A stretch of 64,000 nt of DNA from Leptolyngbyaceae cyanobacterium (GCA_965263355.1 CBDHHL010000032.1:2368001-2432000); one strand, 5' to 3'. Counted from the first letter of the stretch, positions 9,751 through 20,265 are shown. The notes: generated by a model not told the origin, from the letters alone. Made by a program: numbers and translations.

Positions 9751-10677
9751 TTAGTAGCTATGGGTTTGAATCACCATCTGCATCGTTTCCAACAAACTTT
9801 CTGCCGCTGAGCTAAGGGTATATCTGGGATCGGTGGCGAGAACAACCTTATGAGTCAAAGAAATGTCTGATAACTGCTTAACGACCATTGAACCATTTTC
9901 CAGATCCTTTTGCACTTGGGAGAGTGGAAGAAATGCTACACCACAATTAGATAACAAAAATTGATGAAGTGATTGACAACCACTCACTTCAACAGTTTTC
10001 CCTATCTTAATTTGATGAGTACGATATAGTTTCTCAATAATATTACGAATGCCAAAATCAGTCTCTTGGCGAGGAACAATCAGAGCCTGACGGCTCATAT
10101 CATTCCAGGTTAACTCTTTAATTGAAGCTAAAGGGTGAGTTGAGGCGACAACCAACAATAAAGGCTCTTCATACAGCTCTTCAAACTTAAATATTTTGAC
10201 CGGTACCGGTAGCGAAAAAATAGCTAGGTCGATGGTCTGATTTTGCAGACCTCGGACCAGATCATCTGTAGGACACTCGATGATTTCTACACACAAATTA
10301 GGATTCTTTTGATAGGAGAGTTTTAGAATCTCTGACAAATAACGTTGAGTATTGAAACAAGTTAGTCCAAGTGTTACTTTACCAACTAAAGCTTGCGCTG
10401 ATTGAACAGCCAAAGACATGCCTGCTTCAATATTCTGCAATGCAGTGTGGCAATAGGAAATAAATGCTTCACCGGCCTGACTCAAATAGACCTTATTGGA
10501 ACGACGATGCAATAGTTGAATGCCAACAATTCGTTCTAGCCGCTTAACCTGTTGGCTCACTGTCGGCTGAGATAAGTTTAAAGCAGCAGCGGCATCTGTG
10601 AAGCTGCCTCGCTCTGCAACTTCGATAAATGCAATTAATGCAGATGTTTCAAGATGACTGAGCTTAGACCTATCCAT
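9751..10677 (-). CDS. LysR-family transcriptional regulator
   Basis: FIEVAERGSFTDAAAALNLSQPTVSQQVKRLE HTH; 308 aa. Confidence 0.95.
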   Translation of the reverse strand: MDRSKLSHLETSALIAFIEVAERGSFTDAAAALNLSQPTVSQQVKRLERIVGIQLLHRRSNKVYLSQAGEAFISYCHTALQNIEAGMSLAVQSAQALVGKVTLGLTCFNTQRYLSEILKLSYQKNPNLCVEIIECPTDDLVRGLQNQTIDLAIFSLPVPVKIFKFEELYEEPLLLVVASTHPLASIKELTWNDMSRQALIVPRQETDFGIRNIIEKLYRTHQIKIGKTVEVSGCQSLHQFLLSNCGVAFLPLSQVQKDLENGSMVVKQLSDISLTHKVVLATDPRYTLSSAAESLLETMQMVIQTHSY

Positions 10678-10879
10678 TAAACAGCAAGAAATGAACTGAG
10701 ATAATTAACTCCCCTCCAATCCAACAATTAGAAAAGAAAGAATATTAGCTCAAAATAAGGTTAACTCCTCAGGGTAGAAATCAAAATCCAGATACTAGGC
10801 CGCAGGCCACTACTGACTTTTGATACTTGACATTAGATTTTCCATCTAACTAAGAACTATTGACCTAAATTGAGACCCG

Positions 10880-10925
10880 AAAAACAAATCTAAGCAAGAA
10901 CCTAAAAAGTCCTTGCTTAGATTTG
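10880..10925 (-). terminator. Intrinsic terminator after fmdB
   Basis: 14-bp stem CAAATCTAAGCAAG/CTTGCTTAGATTTG followed by a T-run on the minus strand. Confidence 0.7.
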
Positions 10926-10970
10926 AACTGCTGTACTAAGCAAATAAGGGGATTCAAAGGCAGTCGAATA

Positions 10971-11261
10971 TCACAATCTTTCTGTAGAATGCGCAATCAT
11001 CCAAGGTCTCCCCCCCTGTACACTCTGATTTCTAGGAGAAGAAGGAGCAGACGCTTGACGACGCTGAACTAAACGTGGTTCAGATGTTCCTTTTATCCTT
11101 GAGGTTAAGCTAGTACTATTTAGGCTAATGTTAGGCGCAGTAAAAATGCGCTTAGCAATGACATTACATTGAGGGCAAGGCATGGGGCTGCTAACCTCTG
11201 CCATCTTTCTCCAGGTTTCAAAATCACCACAGTCGAAGCAGGTGTAGTCGTACAAGGGCAT
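10971..11261 (-). CDS. fmdB: FmdB-family zinc-ribbon protein
   Basis: MPLYDYTCFDCG...CPQC and C-terminal RPWMI; directly after the formamidase. Confidence 0.9.
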   Translation of the reverse strand: MPLYDYTCFDCGDFETWRKMAEVSSPMPCPQCNVIAKRIFTAPNISLNSTSLTSRIKGTSEPRLVQRRQASAPSSPRNQSVQGGRPWMIAHSTERL

Positions 11262-11273
11262 TTATTATCAACC

Positions 11274-12479
11274 TCAAACAGGTAAAATATCTTTGTCAAA
11301 GATTGCAGTAGGCAACGCTAGGGTACAGCAGGCATTAGGAATATCTACAATGCCACTGACACGCCCTTCTACAGGAGCACAGCTCAATAACAAATAAGCT
11401 TGCTCTCCTGTGTATCCAAACTTTTTCAGATATTCAATGGCATTGAGACAAGCCTGTCTATAGGCAATATGAACATCCATGTAATACTGCTTGCCGGAAA
11501 ACTCATCAACTGAAATCCCTTCAAATACCAGATACTCAGAATATTGAGGTTCAACGGGACCGGGTTTAAAGATTGGATTGATCATGCCATATTTCTCTAC
11601 ACCTCCCTTAATGATGTCCACATGTAGGTCAATGTAGCCAGACATCTCAATGGCACCGCAGAAAGAAATCTCGCCATCACCTTGAGAGAAGTGAATATCT
11701 CCCATAGAAAGCTTAGCTCCCTCCACATAAACAGGGAAATAGATGCGAGTCCCCCTAGAAAGGTTCTTGATATCACAGTTTCCGCCATGCTCTCTGGGAG
11801 GTACTGTGCGTGCAGCTTCAGCAGCTACTCGATCATAGTCAGAGGAAGGTAATTTACCCAAAATAGCGTTGGTTGGGTTAGGTAAAGCAGCTAACACAGG
11901 TTGATCACCTGATAGACCAGCACCGTAGGTACGCAAGTCAGGTGCAGTATTCACCAATTCTGTTTCTCGCTTATTCCACTTCGCCAACAGCTCATGGGAG
12001 GGCGCACAACCAATTAAACCAGGGTGAGTAATTCCAGCAAACTTAACACCGGGAATGTGCCGTGAAGATGTATAGATTCCTTGAAAATCCCATATTGCCT
12101 TAGCAGGTTCAGGATAGTGATCGGTTAAAAAACCACCCCCATTCTTCTTGTCAAAGATACCCGTAAATCCCCATTCATCCCCTTGAAGTGCACCAATATC
12201 AACCAGATCAACAACCAGGATATCTCCAGGTTCAGCTCCATTGACCCAGATTGGTCCGCTTAGAACGTGTACAACTGTTAGATCAACATCTCGAATATCG
12301 TCTGGACTATCATCATTTTTAATCTGACCGTCTGTCCAGTCTTTACACTCAATGCGAAAAACGTCTCCCGGATTTACAGAAACTACTGCAGGAATTTCAG
12401 GATGCCACCGATTATGACCAGGTAACTCTTGCTCCGCCATGGACTTAGTTAGATCCACCTTAAATAGAGTTTCAGGCAC
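11274..12479 (-). CDS. fmdA: Formamidase (FmdA/AmdA family)
   Basis: HNRWHP, ARTVPPREHGGNCDIKNL, GDIHFSQGDGEI, SGIVDIPNAC. Confidence 0.95.
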   Translation of the reverse strand: MPETLFKVDLTKSMAEQELPGHNRWHPEIPAVVSVNPGDVFRIECKDWTDGQIKNDDSPDDIRDVDLTVVHVLSGPIWVNGAEPGDILVVDLVDIGALQGDEWGFTGIFDKKNGGGFLTDHYPEPAKAIWDFQGIYTSSRHIPGVKFAGITHPGLIGCAPSHELLAKWNKRETELVNTAPDLRTYGAGLSGDQPVLAALPNPTNAILGKLPSSDYDRVAAEAARTVPPREHGGNCDIKNLSRGTRIYFPVYVEGAKLSMGDIHFSQGDGEISFCGAIEMSGYIDLHVDIIKGGVEKYGMINPIFKPGPVEPQYSEYLVFEGISVDEFSGKQYYMDVHIAYRQACLNAIEYLKKFGYTGEQAYLLLSCAPVEGRVSGIVDIPNACCTLALPTAIFDKDILPV

Positions 12480-12847
12480 AGTGTTATCTCCTTTACCAGT
12501 TAAGTTGTTTACGTTAAGTCAAATCAGAATCAAATACTCTAAAATATCGGCCATTTATGGTATTTTAGAGGACTTTAAAAACCTTAAATATATCCAAAGC
12601 AAGAACTAAAATTTCTCCACCGGAAAAACTCAGACTCCAAATATAGGTAAGGCTTATCAGGTTCAGAAAACTATCTATGACAAACTGCAGCATCAGAATA
12701 ATCCCTTCTAGTGCCGCTTTCATTGGTAACGTAAGCATGCACCAGACCCAAACCGAAAAAAGAAACTCTCGTAGAGATACAGGCAACTTCAGCCATTGCG
12801 AAACAGCTTGTGAGCCTGTACTTGGGTAAACTATTCATTCGATTGGA

Positions 12848-12889
12848 ATGATAGTTCTATTTAGAGCCAACATATGTAACAACTGCTAC
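12848..12889 (-). promoter_or_regulatory. Canonical NtcA-activated promoter upstream of fmdA
   Basis: Perfect GTA-N8-TAC (GTAACAACTGCTAC, 12876-12889), 22-nt spacer, -10 TATCAT on the minus strand (12848-12853). Confidence 0.75.
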
Positions 12890-13111
12890 CAGACAAAAAA
12901 ATGCCCGTATAAACACTGAAAACTCCCAAAAACCTAATTTAGCCACAATTAGGGCAGCAGTTTAAGCCGGTACAGTTTAACCTCAAATAGAAAACCAGAA
13001 CTCAAGCATCAAAAAACCGCAAGAAGCTGAATTTAGACACCTAAATTCTGATGATTTCTCCCTTTGAGAAAATGCACCGCCTTGAATCGGCAACTATTTT
13101 AAGCTGGAAAC

Positions 13112-13864
13112 TTAAACAGCTAGATAGCGGTGTAGCAAAGCGTCTGTTAATTGCTCAGTTGCACCTTTTTCAACAATTGCGCCTTTTTCCATGATGAAAA
13201 ACCTTTGAGCAAGTTTACGGGCAAATTCAATTTTCTGCTCTACAACGATAATTGTGATGCCCTTCTCCTGATTAATCCGCTTCAGGGTTTCTTCAATTTC
13301 TTGAACAATAGAAGGCTGAATCCCTTCCGTCGGCTCATCTAGAAGCATAATTTTAGGGTTACACATCACCCCCCGAGCAATGGCAAGCTGCTGTTGCTGA
13401 CCACCACTCAGTAATCCTCCCTGACGGTTTAAATGCTCCTGAAGCATGGGGAAGAAATCAAAAATTTCACTGGGAATGCGATCGCCCTTTTTCCCACTCG
13501 CACTAAATCCCATCTTTAGATTATCCAACACAGATAAATACGGAATGATTTCACGCCCTTGGGGAATATAGGCAATTCCTTTTCTAGCTCGTTTAAACGT
13601 CGGGATTTTAGTGATATCGGTATCATCAAAAACAATGCTTCCCTTTGATAAGGCGTTTAATCCAATGATGCTCCGTAAAAGTGTGGTTTTACCGACTCCA
13701 TTACGACCCAATAGACAAACAATTTCCCCCTGCTTAACGGACATATTCACATCAAACAAGACAGGAGTTTGTCCATATCCAGCCGTAACATTAACCATAT
13801 CGAGTAATGGTTTGGCAACAGTCATTACGTCACTTACTTTAGGCAGCGGCTTTAATTGTTTCAT
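13112..13864 (-). CDS. Urea/short-chain amide ABC transporter ATP-binding subunit (UrtE-like)
   Basis: GRNGVGKT, LSGGQQQQLAIAR, LLDEPTEGIQPSIV. Confidence 0.9.
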   Translation of the reverse strand: MKQLKPLPKVSDVMTVAKPLLDMVNVTAGYGQTPVLFDVNMSVKQGEIVCLLGRNGVGKTTLLRSIIGLNALSKGSIVFDDTDITKIPTFKRARKGIAYIPQGREIIPYLSVLDNLKMGFSASGKKGDRIPSEIFDFFPMLQEHLNRQGGLLSGGQQQQLAIARGVMCNPKIMLLDEPTEGIQPSIVQEIEETLKRINQEKGITIIVVEQKIEFARKLAQRFFIMEKGAIVEKGATEQLTDALLHRYLAV

Positions 13865-14639
13865 GACCTAGATAGACCTCTATCACTTTAGGATTACTTT
13901 GGACTTCTTCTACCGAACCTTCTGCCAAAACCTTGCCTTGGTGCAGTACAACAATTCGTTCAGCAATTTGCTTGACAAATTCCATATCATGTTCGATAAC
14001 TACCACTGAATGAGATTTAGAGATACTTTTAATAATCTCACCAGTCATGTAGGTTTCATCGGCTGTCATACCAGCAGTCGGTTCATCCAACAAAACAATG
14101 GACGGGTCCTGAGCCAACACCATGGCAATTTCAACCCATTGTTTTTGGCCATGGGATAAAGACGAAACCTGGTCAAAAGCCTGATCTACCAAACCTGTTC
14201 TGGATAAAACATCAAAGATTTTACCCTTTTTGGCCTTGGTTAATTTTGCAGTGATTGAGGCCCAGATACCATGGGTGCCTTTGAGGGCCAACAGAATATT
14301 GTCAAAAACGGTTAGTTCGTTGTAGACATTGGGGTTCTGAAATTTGCGTCCAATCCCCATACGGGCAATAACATGGGGGCTATTATTGGTAATATCTTTG
14401 CCATGATAGTAAATATGCCCCGAAAAAACAGGGGATTTACTAACAATGGCATCCAGCAATGTACTTTTCCCTGCGCCATTGGGGCCAATGATGGTAACAA
14501 TTTCACCATCATAAACATCCAGACTAACCCCACTTAGAGCTTTAAAGCCTGAAAAAACAACATTTAAATCTTTGACAGATAAGACTGCTTCCATCTTGGT
14601 ATCCATCTTTGCATCTTTGACAGATAAAACTGCTTCCAT
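13839..14639 (-). CDS. Urea/short-chain amide ABC transporter ATP-binding subunit (UrtD-like)
   Basis: GPNGAGKS, GRKFQNP, LSHGQKQWVEI, LLDEPTAGM. Confidence 0.9.
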   Translation of the reverse strand: MEAVLSVKDAKMDTKMEAVLSVKDLNVVFSGFKALSGVSLDVYDGEIVTIIGPNGAGKSTLLDAIVSKSPVFSGHIYYHGKDITNNSPHVIARMGIGRKFQNPNVYNELTVFDNILLALKGTHGIWASITAKLTKAKKGKIFDVLSRTGLVDQAFDQVSSLSHGQKQWVEIAMVLAQDPSIVLLDEPTAGMTADETYMTGEIIKSISKSHSVVVIEHDMEFVKQIAERIVVLHQGKVLAEGSVEEVQSNPKVIEVYLGHETIKAAA

Positions 14640-14659
14640 GGGAAAATCCTCTCAGTGAG

Positions 14660-15766
14660 CTAATTCTTTACCACATCCGGTGTTTTTAACAGTTTTGGCT
14701 TAGATAGGTTTGCCAAACTAAACTGCTTAGGCAGCAAGCTCATCAATCCATTTGGAATAAATAGCACAACAACCAGCAACAAAATACCTATCACCAACTG
14801 CCAATCTTGAGTCACTTTTTCAGCATAGTTCTGGACCTGTCCCAAAATAATGGCTGCTAGCAGAGGTCCAACCAGAGTGCCTCTACCACCAATCGCTACC
14901 CAAATAACTACCTGAGTACCAAAGGCAACAGCTAGATATACCGGGGAAATAAACTGGTTTAAGGGTACAAATAACCCACCAGCTACGCCTGCCAGGGCAG
15001 CTGATAGGGTCCAGATAAAGATTTTAAACTGAGCCACATCGTAACCAAGAAACGCAATGCGTTTTTCATTCTCATTGATGGACCGCAGAATCAGCCCAAG
15101 GTTAGATTGGGTCAACCACCAGCTCAAAGCCAAAACAAAGACCGTATAGGTCAAAATCATAAAATACAGCCCAACAGGTGGAATCTCAGCTCCAAAAAAG
15201 CTTAACTTGCTAACGTCGGTAATGCCGTTTGTGCCCCCCGTGTAAGCCTGCTGACTGACGAAAAAGGTAGTCAGTGCCGAAGAAATTGCCAGGGTGATAA
15301 TGGTGATATAAACACCGCTAACCTTAGAGCGAAAAATGAAATATCCTATGATATAGGCAAATAATGCAGGCACTGCAACCGTTGCAAACAGGGCAATTGG
15401 AAAATATTTAAGCGGGGCGATAAACCAGGGAAGCGCCTCTAAACCATTCCAAACCATAAAGTCAGGCAGTTCACCTCCATAGGTATTGGAAGCCGCAGAA
15501 AGATTTAGCTTCAGGTAATAGGCTGAAGCATATCCACCTAAGGTAAAGAAAACTCCATGGGCAAAACTTAAAATACCTGTAAATCCCCATACCAGGTCTA
15601 GAGAGATACCTAGCGCACCAAATAACAACAGCTTAGACATTAACGAAAGCTGAAAATCCCCAAACACAAAGGGCAAGATGATAAATATCAGCAGTGCAAT
15701 GCCACTGATGGCAGCTAACTTTGTTGGAAAAGATGACTGTTTATATCCCATGACTGCGTTTGCCAT
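14660..15766 (-). CDS. Urea/amide ABC transporter permease (UrtC-like)
   Basis: LDLVWGFTGILSFAHG, LPDFMVWNG, VIWVAIGGRGTL. Confidence 0.9.
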   Translation of the reverse strand: MANAVMGYKQSSFPTKLAAISGIALLIFIILPFVFGDFQLSLMSKLLLFGALGISLDLVWGFTGILSFAHGVFFTLGGYASAYYLKLNLSAASNTYGGELPDFMVWNGLEALPWFIAPLKYFPIALFATVAVPALFAYIIGYFIFRSKVSGVYITIITLAISSALTTFFVSQQAYTGGTNGITDVSKLSFFGAEIPPVGLYFMILTYTVFVLALSWWLTQSNLGLILRSINENEKRIAFLGYDVAQFKIFIWTLSAALAGVAGGLFVPLNQFISPVYLAVAFGTQVVIWVAIGGRGTLVGPLLAAIILGQVQNYAEKVTQDWQLVIGILLLVVVLFIPNGLMSLLPKQFSLANLSKPKLLKTPDVVKN

Positions 15767-15820
15767 GACCTACCTCCTAATAACTTGTTCAACTAATGTT
15801 TGACTTCTTCTAAAGGGAGG

Positions 15821-16828
15821 CTATGTGCGTTTTTGAATCGAAAACAAGCCTTCAGGTCGATATCGAATTAATACAATCACAGCTGCCAGCACAATTACCC
15901 TGGCGAGGGGATCGTTGAGTATGAAGGCAATTACAGCATTGGCCTCGCCAATCAAAAGAGAACCTGCCAAAACCCCAATTAGCTTGTCGACACCACCTGT
16001 AACCACTACCATCCAAGCATCAACCAGATAATCTTGTCCCATGGGAGGAGCCACCGTTTTGAGGGCAGAAATTACAGCCCCTGCTACACCCGCTAACCCA
16101 CAGCCATAGGCAAAGGTACCCATGTCCACCAGTTTAGTATTTACCCCAAGACATTTAGCCATGTCACGATTCTGGGTCACTGCTCTAATCTGTCGCCCCC
16201 AGGAGGTTTTATAAAACAAATACATGGTTAACCCCAGCAGGACTAATGCCACCGCGATGATAAACATACGGTAGTAAGAAATAGAAATCAGAGCACCACC
16301 AGCATCGTCAGATAACAGTGGCAGGTTGCCAGATAGGTAAGGAGGGGCTTTTACATACTTAAGCTGGGCTGTGAAGATTAACTTGACCACACCCTGCAAA
16401 ACAATACTTAGTCCCCAAGTTGCCAATAACGTTTCTAGAGGATTGCCATAAAGTCGACGAATAATCGTCAATTCCACCACAGCTCCAATAATGGCCGTGA
16501 TCAAAAAGGCAAATGGAATAGTCATGAGCAAATCCATCCCAAAGGCATCTTGCAACACAAAGGTTACATAGGCCCCTAACATAATGAATTCGCCGTGGGC
16601 CAGATTGATAATACGCATGACCCCAAAGGTAATTGCTAGGCCCAAGCCTGTTAGCAGCAAAATACCGACAATACCAATGCCATTGAGGGCTTGGTTAAGT
16701 AGGGTGACAATATCGAATCCGCCAGTTGCAGCTTCAGCTTCTTCCTGGGCTAGCAAAAAGGTAGATAAAAAAACTGAAGATGGATCAAAGGCTAGCATGG
16801 GAAAAATCGTAGGGTAAAAAGAAACCAA
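15821..16828 (-). CDS. Urea/amide ABC transporter permease (UrtB-like)
   Basis: GLAITFGVMRIINLAHGEFIMLGAY, PLETLLATWG; start may be ATG at 16798. Confidence 0.9.
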   Translation of the reverse strand: MVSFYPTIFPMLAFDPSSVFLSTFLLAQEEAEAATGGFDIVTLLNQALNGIGIVGILLLTGLGLAITFGVMRIINLAHGEFIMLGAYVTFVLQDAFGMDLLMTIPFAFLITAIIGAVVELTIIRRLYGNPLETLLATWGLSIVLQGVVKLIFTAQLKYVKAPPYLSGNLPLLSDDAGGALISISYYRMFIIAVALVLLGLTMYLFYKTSWGRQIRAVTQNRDMAKCLGVNTKLVDMGTFAYGCGLAGVAGAVISALKTVAPPMGQDYLVDAWMVVVTGGVDKLIGVLAGSLLIGEANAVIAFILNDPLARVIVLAAVIVLIRYRPEGLFSIQKRT

Positions 16829-16864
16829 TAAAATTGGAAATTCCGATGGGCGTTGAAAAAATGT

Positions 16865-16960
16865 GCTAGCTGATAAATCTTGCTTATATCCATAAAGAAA
16901 TTCTCACGGGAAGCACCGAGATGAGAACCCTTAAAGCATAATCAATCAATATCAGCTAGC
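16865..16960 (-). other. Intercistronic stem-loop between binding-protein and permease genes
   Basis: GCTAGCTGATA/TATCAGCTAGC outer stem with inner TTCTCA/TGAGAA. Confidence 0.55.
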
Positions 16961-16986
16961 TGTTTAATTGTGTTGTCCGCCAAAAA

Positions 16987-18345
16987 TCACAAGAAAACTG
17001 GTTCTAGATCCTTACCGGTCTCTTTGGTAGGATCACTCCGATCATCAGGGATTGGATGTTCACACACACGACCTTTATAGAGAGTCTGACTCCAGGCAAT
17101 AGGTTTGACGGCAGCATCTGTAGCAAACACAATCTCAGCCTGACCATCCTCCTTCCATTTACCAATACGGGAATAGAGGTAGGTATGGTAGTTGTCTGGA
17201 TCAATTTTGACCCGACCCTGGGGGGCATTAAATTCCTGGCCTCGAGTTGCTTCTCGAATATTGCCTGGAGTTAGCTCGCCACCATCTTCCAGAATCTTCT
17301 TCATTGCTTGAGCCATAAAGAAGGTTTGAAGATAGGCAGCTTCCATTACCCCATTGGTGACACGCCCTTTACCAAACATAGCCTTAAATTGCTCTACAAA
17401 TGCTTTGTTTTCAGGGGTATCAACCGTCTGGAAGTAGTTAAAACTGGTGTAGTGACCGGTAGAGTATTCAGGTCCCATGGCCTGAATTTCCTCTTCAGTG
17501 GTTGGATAGGCCATGATTGGAATATCGTCAGATGTAATGCCCGCATCCTTAAACTGGCGGTAAAAGGCTGGAATACTGTCACCCACCAGGTTACTTAAGA
17601 CAAAGTCAGGCTTCGCTGCTTTGATTTTATTGATGATGGTAATAAATTCTGTGGTACCCAGAGCTGCATACTCGTCCCCGACAACAGTTCCGCCAGCTTT
17701 CTCTAGCTCAGCCTTAGCAATTCGATTACTTTCCTTGGGATAGATGTAGTCGGAGCCAATGAAGAAACCTTTGGGACCAAAGTTATCGTAGCAGTAAGGG
17801 ATGGAGTCTGTAATCTGCTGGTTCGGAGCTGCGCCAGTGTAAAAGACGTTTGAGCTGCATTCATTCCCTTCGTAATAAACAGGGTAATAAAGAATGGCAT
17901 CTTTTTCCTCGAAGACAGGAAGCACCGATTTACGACTAGCTGAGGTATAGCATCCAAGGACACAAACCACTTTATCTTCATCAATCAGTCGCTTTGACAT
18001 CTGGTTGTAAAGATCCCAGTTAGAGTCAGGATTAACAACCACCTTTTCTATCTTTCTACCAGCAATACCTTCGCCATTAGCTTCCCATGGCCCGGTACCG
18101 GTGTTGATCTGCTCAATTGCCAAAAATGTTGCATCCTGTAGGGACTTTTCAACAATGGCAATAGTTCCTGTAGTGGAGTACATCACACCCACTTTAATGG
18201 GATTTTCGCCCAGGTCGGCCGATTCAGACGGCCCACTACCTCCACCAGTACATGCAGCAACAATGCTGCTACCCACAGCCAGAGAACCGTACTGAATAAA
18301 TTTTCGACGATTCAGACTTGTATCAGAAACGTGGGGCTTTGCCAT
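16987..18345 (-). CDS. Amide/urea ABC transporter substrate-binding lipoprotein (UrtA/FmdD/AmiC family)
   Basis: Tat-like NRRKFI plus lipobox VAAC; GCYTSASRKSVLPVFE, YPVYYEGNECS, YTGAAPNQQ, GSDYIYP. Confidence 0.9.
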   Translation of the reverse strand: MAKPHVSDTSLNRRKFIQYGSLAVGSSIVAACTGGGSGPSESADLGENPIKVGVMYSTTGTIAIVEKSLQDATFLAIEQINTGTGPWEANGEGIAGRKIEKVVVNPDSNWDLYNQMSKRLIDEDKVVCVLGCYTSASRKSVLPVFEEKDAILYYPVYYEGNECSSNVFYTGAAPNQQITDSIPYCYDNFGPKGFFIGSDYIYPKESNRIAKAELEKAGGTVVGDEYAALGTTEFITIINKIKAAKPDFVLSNLVGDSIPAFYRQFKDAGITSDDIPIMAYPTTEEEIQAMGPEYSTGHYTSFNYFQTVDTPENKAFVEQFKAMFGKGRVTNGVMEAAYLQTFFMAQAMKKILEDGGELTPGNIREATRGQEFNAPQGRVKIDPDNYHTYLYSRIGKWKEDGQAEIVFATDAAVKPIAWSQTLYKGRVCEHPIPDDRSDPTKETGKDLEPVFL

Positions 18346-18650
18346 AACTCTTATCTACCTAAATCACAAGTTCAAACAAGGAAAACAGAAGCATCGATCT
18401 GCGCTCGTCCATTTAATTCACTGGAAGACTTCCTTAAAAATCAAAGAAGGAAACAGAACATTAGATTTAGATTATCCAGAGGACGCGATCTTGATCGACG
18501 CGGAACAACAGGCACAGGAATAATCTCAGGGAGCCTACACTCTTCCTACTGCAAACACCGTAAGAAATATTAAATAAAATCAATAACTTCCTACAAGAAA
18601 TCACAGAAAAATAGGGATTCTACCTTGACCTGTATCTTCTTATCTTTAAG

Positions 18651-18691
18651 AGCATAGAGCAGTCTCGTATGACTTTTGTTGCTTTGGATAC
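18651..18691 (-). promoter_or_regulatory. Putative NtcA-type promoter for the transporter operon
   Basis: Minus strand GTA-tccaaagc-AAC (5/6 match), 21-nt spacer, -10 TATGCT. Confidence 0.5.
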
Positions 18692-18896
18692 GAAAAGGTC
18701 TCCTTAGAAAGAAAATGTCATGATTCCTTGTCATTCAACACCTTTTCCAAGTCTTCTCTATCAAGCATAGATTTAACGGCGGCTCCAAAATAATACTATC
18801 AAACCTAATAGCACTAGTTTTTTGGGGCCTTTTTTCAAAGAGGAAGCAAAGAGTATTATTGCGTTTACCAATGCCGCTATTGCTTGTCACAATAGT

Positions 18897-18937
18897 GTAT
18901 CTGCTGTTGCATTTGAATTGAAGGATATGCTTAGGAT
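18897..18937 (+). promoter_or_regulatory. Putative NtcA-type promoter for amiE
   Basis: GTA-tctgctgt-TGC (5/6 match), 21-nt spacer, -10 TAGGAT. Confidence 0.5.
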
Positions 18938-19119
18938 AGCTAAGCTGTATTTTGAGACGACACGATGTTCGAAGCCAGAATTGTGGCTGATTTTGGAAAT
19001 AGCACTGGCAGGTTTTGCAATGCACGTCGCTGAATCTATCAGAATGTATTGAGACTACTAGGCTGTTGTTAGATAGATGCTTTTGGCTAAGACAACTCGA
19101 AAAGTGGGAGTTAGTTTTT

Positions 19120-20211
19120 ATGGCAGTTCATGGTGATATCTCCTCTAGTAATGACTCAGTAGGGGTAGCTGTAGTTAATTACAAGATGCCGCGATTACAT
19201 ACTCGCGAAGAGGTACTGGCAAACTGTAAGACTATTGCCGATATGATCGACGGCATGAAAGTGGGGTTGCCAGGGATGGATCTTGTTATCTTCCCTGAGT
19301 ATTCAACCCATGGCATCATGTACGACTCTGAAGAAATGATGGAAACAGCTTCCAGCATTCCAGGGTCTGAGACTGATATTTTTGCTGAGGCTTGTATTCG
19401 TAATAAGGTTTGGGGGGTGTTTTCATTGACGGGTGAACGTCATGAAGAACATCCCAAGAAGGTGCCTTACAACACTCTGATCTTGATGAACGATCAAGGT
19501 GAGATTGTGCAAAAGTATCGCAAAATCATGCCTTGGACTCCCATTGAGGGGTGGTATCCAGGCAACTGCACCTATGTAGCCGAAGGTCCTAAAGGTCTGA
19601 AGATCAGTCTAATTATCTGTGACGATGGTAATTATCCTGAGATTTGGCGTGACTGCGTTATGAAGGGGGCCGAATTGGTAGTCCGTTGTCAGGGATATAT
19701 GTACCCTGCTAAGGAACAGCAAATTATTGTTTCTAAGGCCATGGCCTGGATGAATAATACTTATGTTGCTGTGGCTAATGCCTCTGGTTTTGATGGTGTT
19801 TATAGCTACTTTGGACATTCTGCAATTATTGGGTTTGATGGCCGCACTCTAGGGGAATGTGGAGAGGAAGAAAACGGTATTCAATATGCAGCGTTATCTA
19901 AGTTTGCCATCCGTGACTTCCGACAGCATTCTCAGTCCCAGAATCACCTGTTTAAGCTCTTACACCGTGGCTACACTGGCATGATTAATTCGGGTGACGG
20001 TGAAGAGGGTATGATGGAATGTCCTTACGAGTTCTATCGTGAATGGATTCTAGACCCTGAGAAAACCAAGGAAAAAGTTGAGGCATTAACGCGTTCTACG
20101 GTTGGGACTGAAGAATGTCCTATTGAAGGGATTCCTAATAAGAACTCTAAAGTACCTGTGGTACCTACCAAGAAATCGGAACCAGTTACGGTCACCCAAC
20201 CTGTCTCCTAG
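19120..20211 (+). CDS. amiE: Aliphatic amidase (nitrilase superfamily)
   Basis: [55 protein letters not shown] at 19120. Confidence 0.95.
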   Translation: MAVHGDISSSNDSVGVAVVNYKMPRLHTREEVLANCKTIADMIDGMKVGLPGMDLVIFPEYSTHGIMYDSEEMMETASSIPGSETDIFAEACIRNKVWGVFSLTGERHEEHPKKVPYNTLILMNDQGEIVQKYRKIMPWTPIEGWYPGNCTYVAEGPKGLKISLIICDDGNYPEIWRDCVMKGAELVVRCQGYMYPAKEQQIIVSKAMAWMNNTYVAVANASGFDGVYSYFGHSAIIGFDGRTLGECGEEENGIQYAALSKFAIRDFRQHSQSQNHLFKLLHRGYTGMINSGDGEEGMMECPYEFYREWILDPEKTKEKVEALTRSTVGTEECPIEGIPNKNSKVPVVPTKKSEPVTVTQPVS

Positions 20212-20225
20212 AGATCTGGATATAT

Positions 20226-20265
20226 AGCAAACGTCCTGAGTCTTTGGGACGTTTGCTTGGTTTTT
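20226..20265 (+). terminator. Intrinsic terminator after amiE
   Basis: AGCAAACGTCC/GGACGTTTGCT stem followed by a T-rich tail. Confidence 0.7.

Noticed and set aside
12565..12786. 73-aa hydrophobic ORF upstream of fmdA
   Set aside because: TTG start, no recognisable motif, AT-rich leader region
13112..18345. Assigning urtABCDE symbols
   Set aside because: Binding protein departs from the UrtA signature and the context is amidases, not urease
19015..19119. N-terminal extension of amiE (also amiF 20606-20704, Uma2 716-799, GTPase 54353-54436)
   Set aside because: Family similarity starts at downstream ATGs, with RBS-like sequences before amiE and amiF
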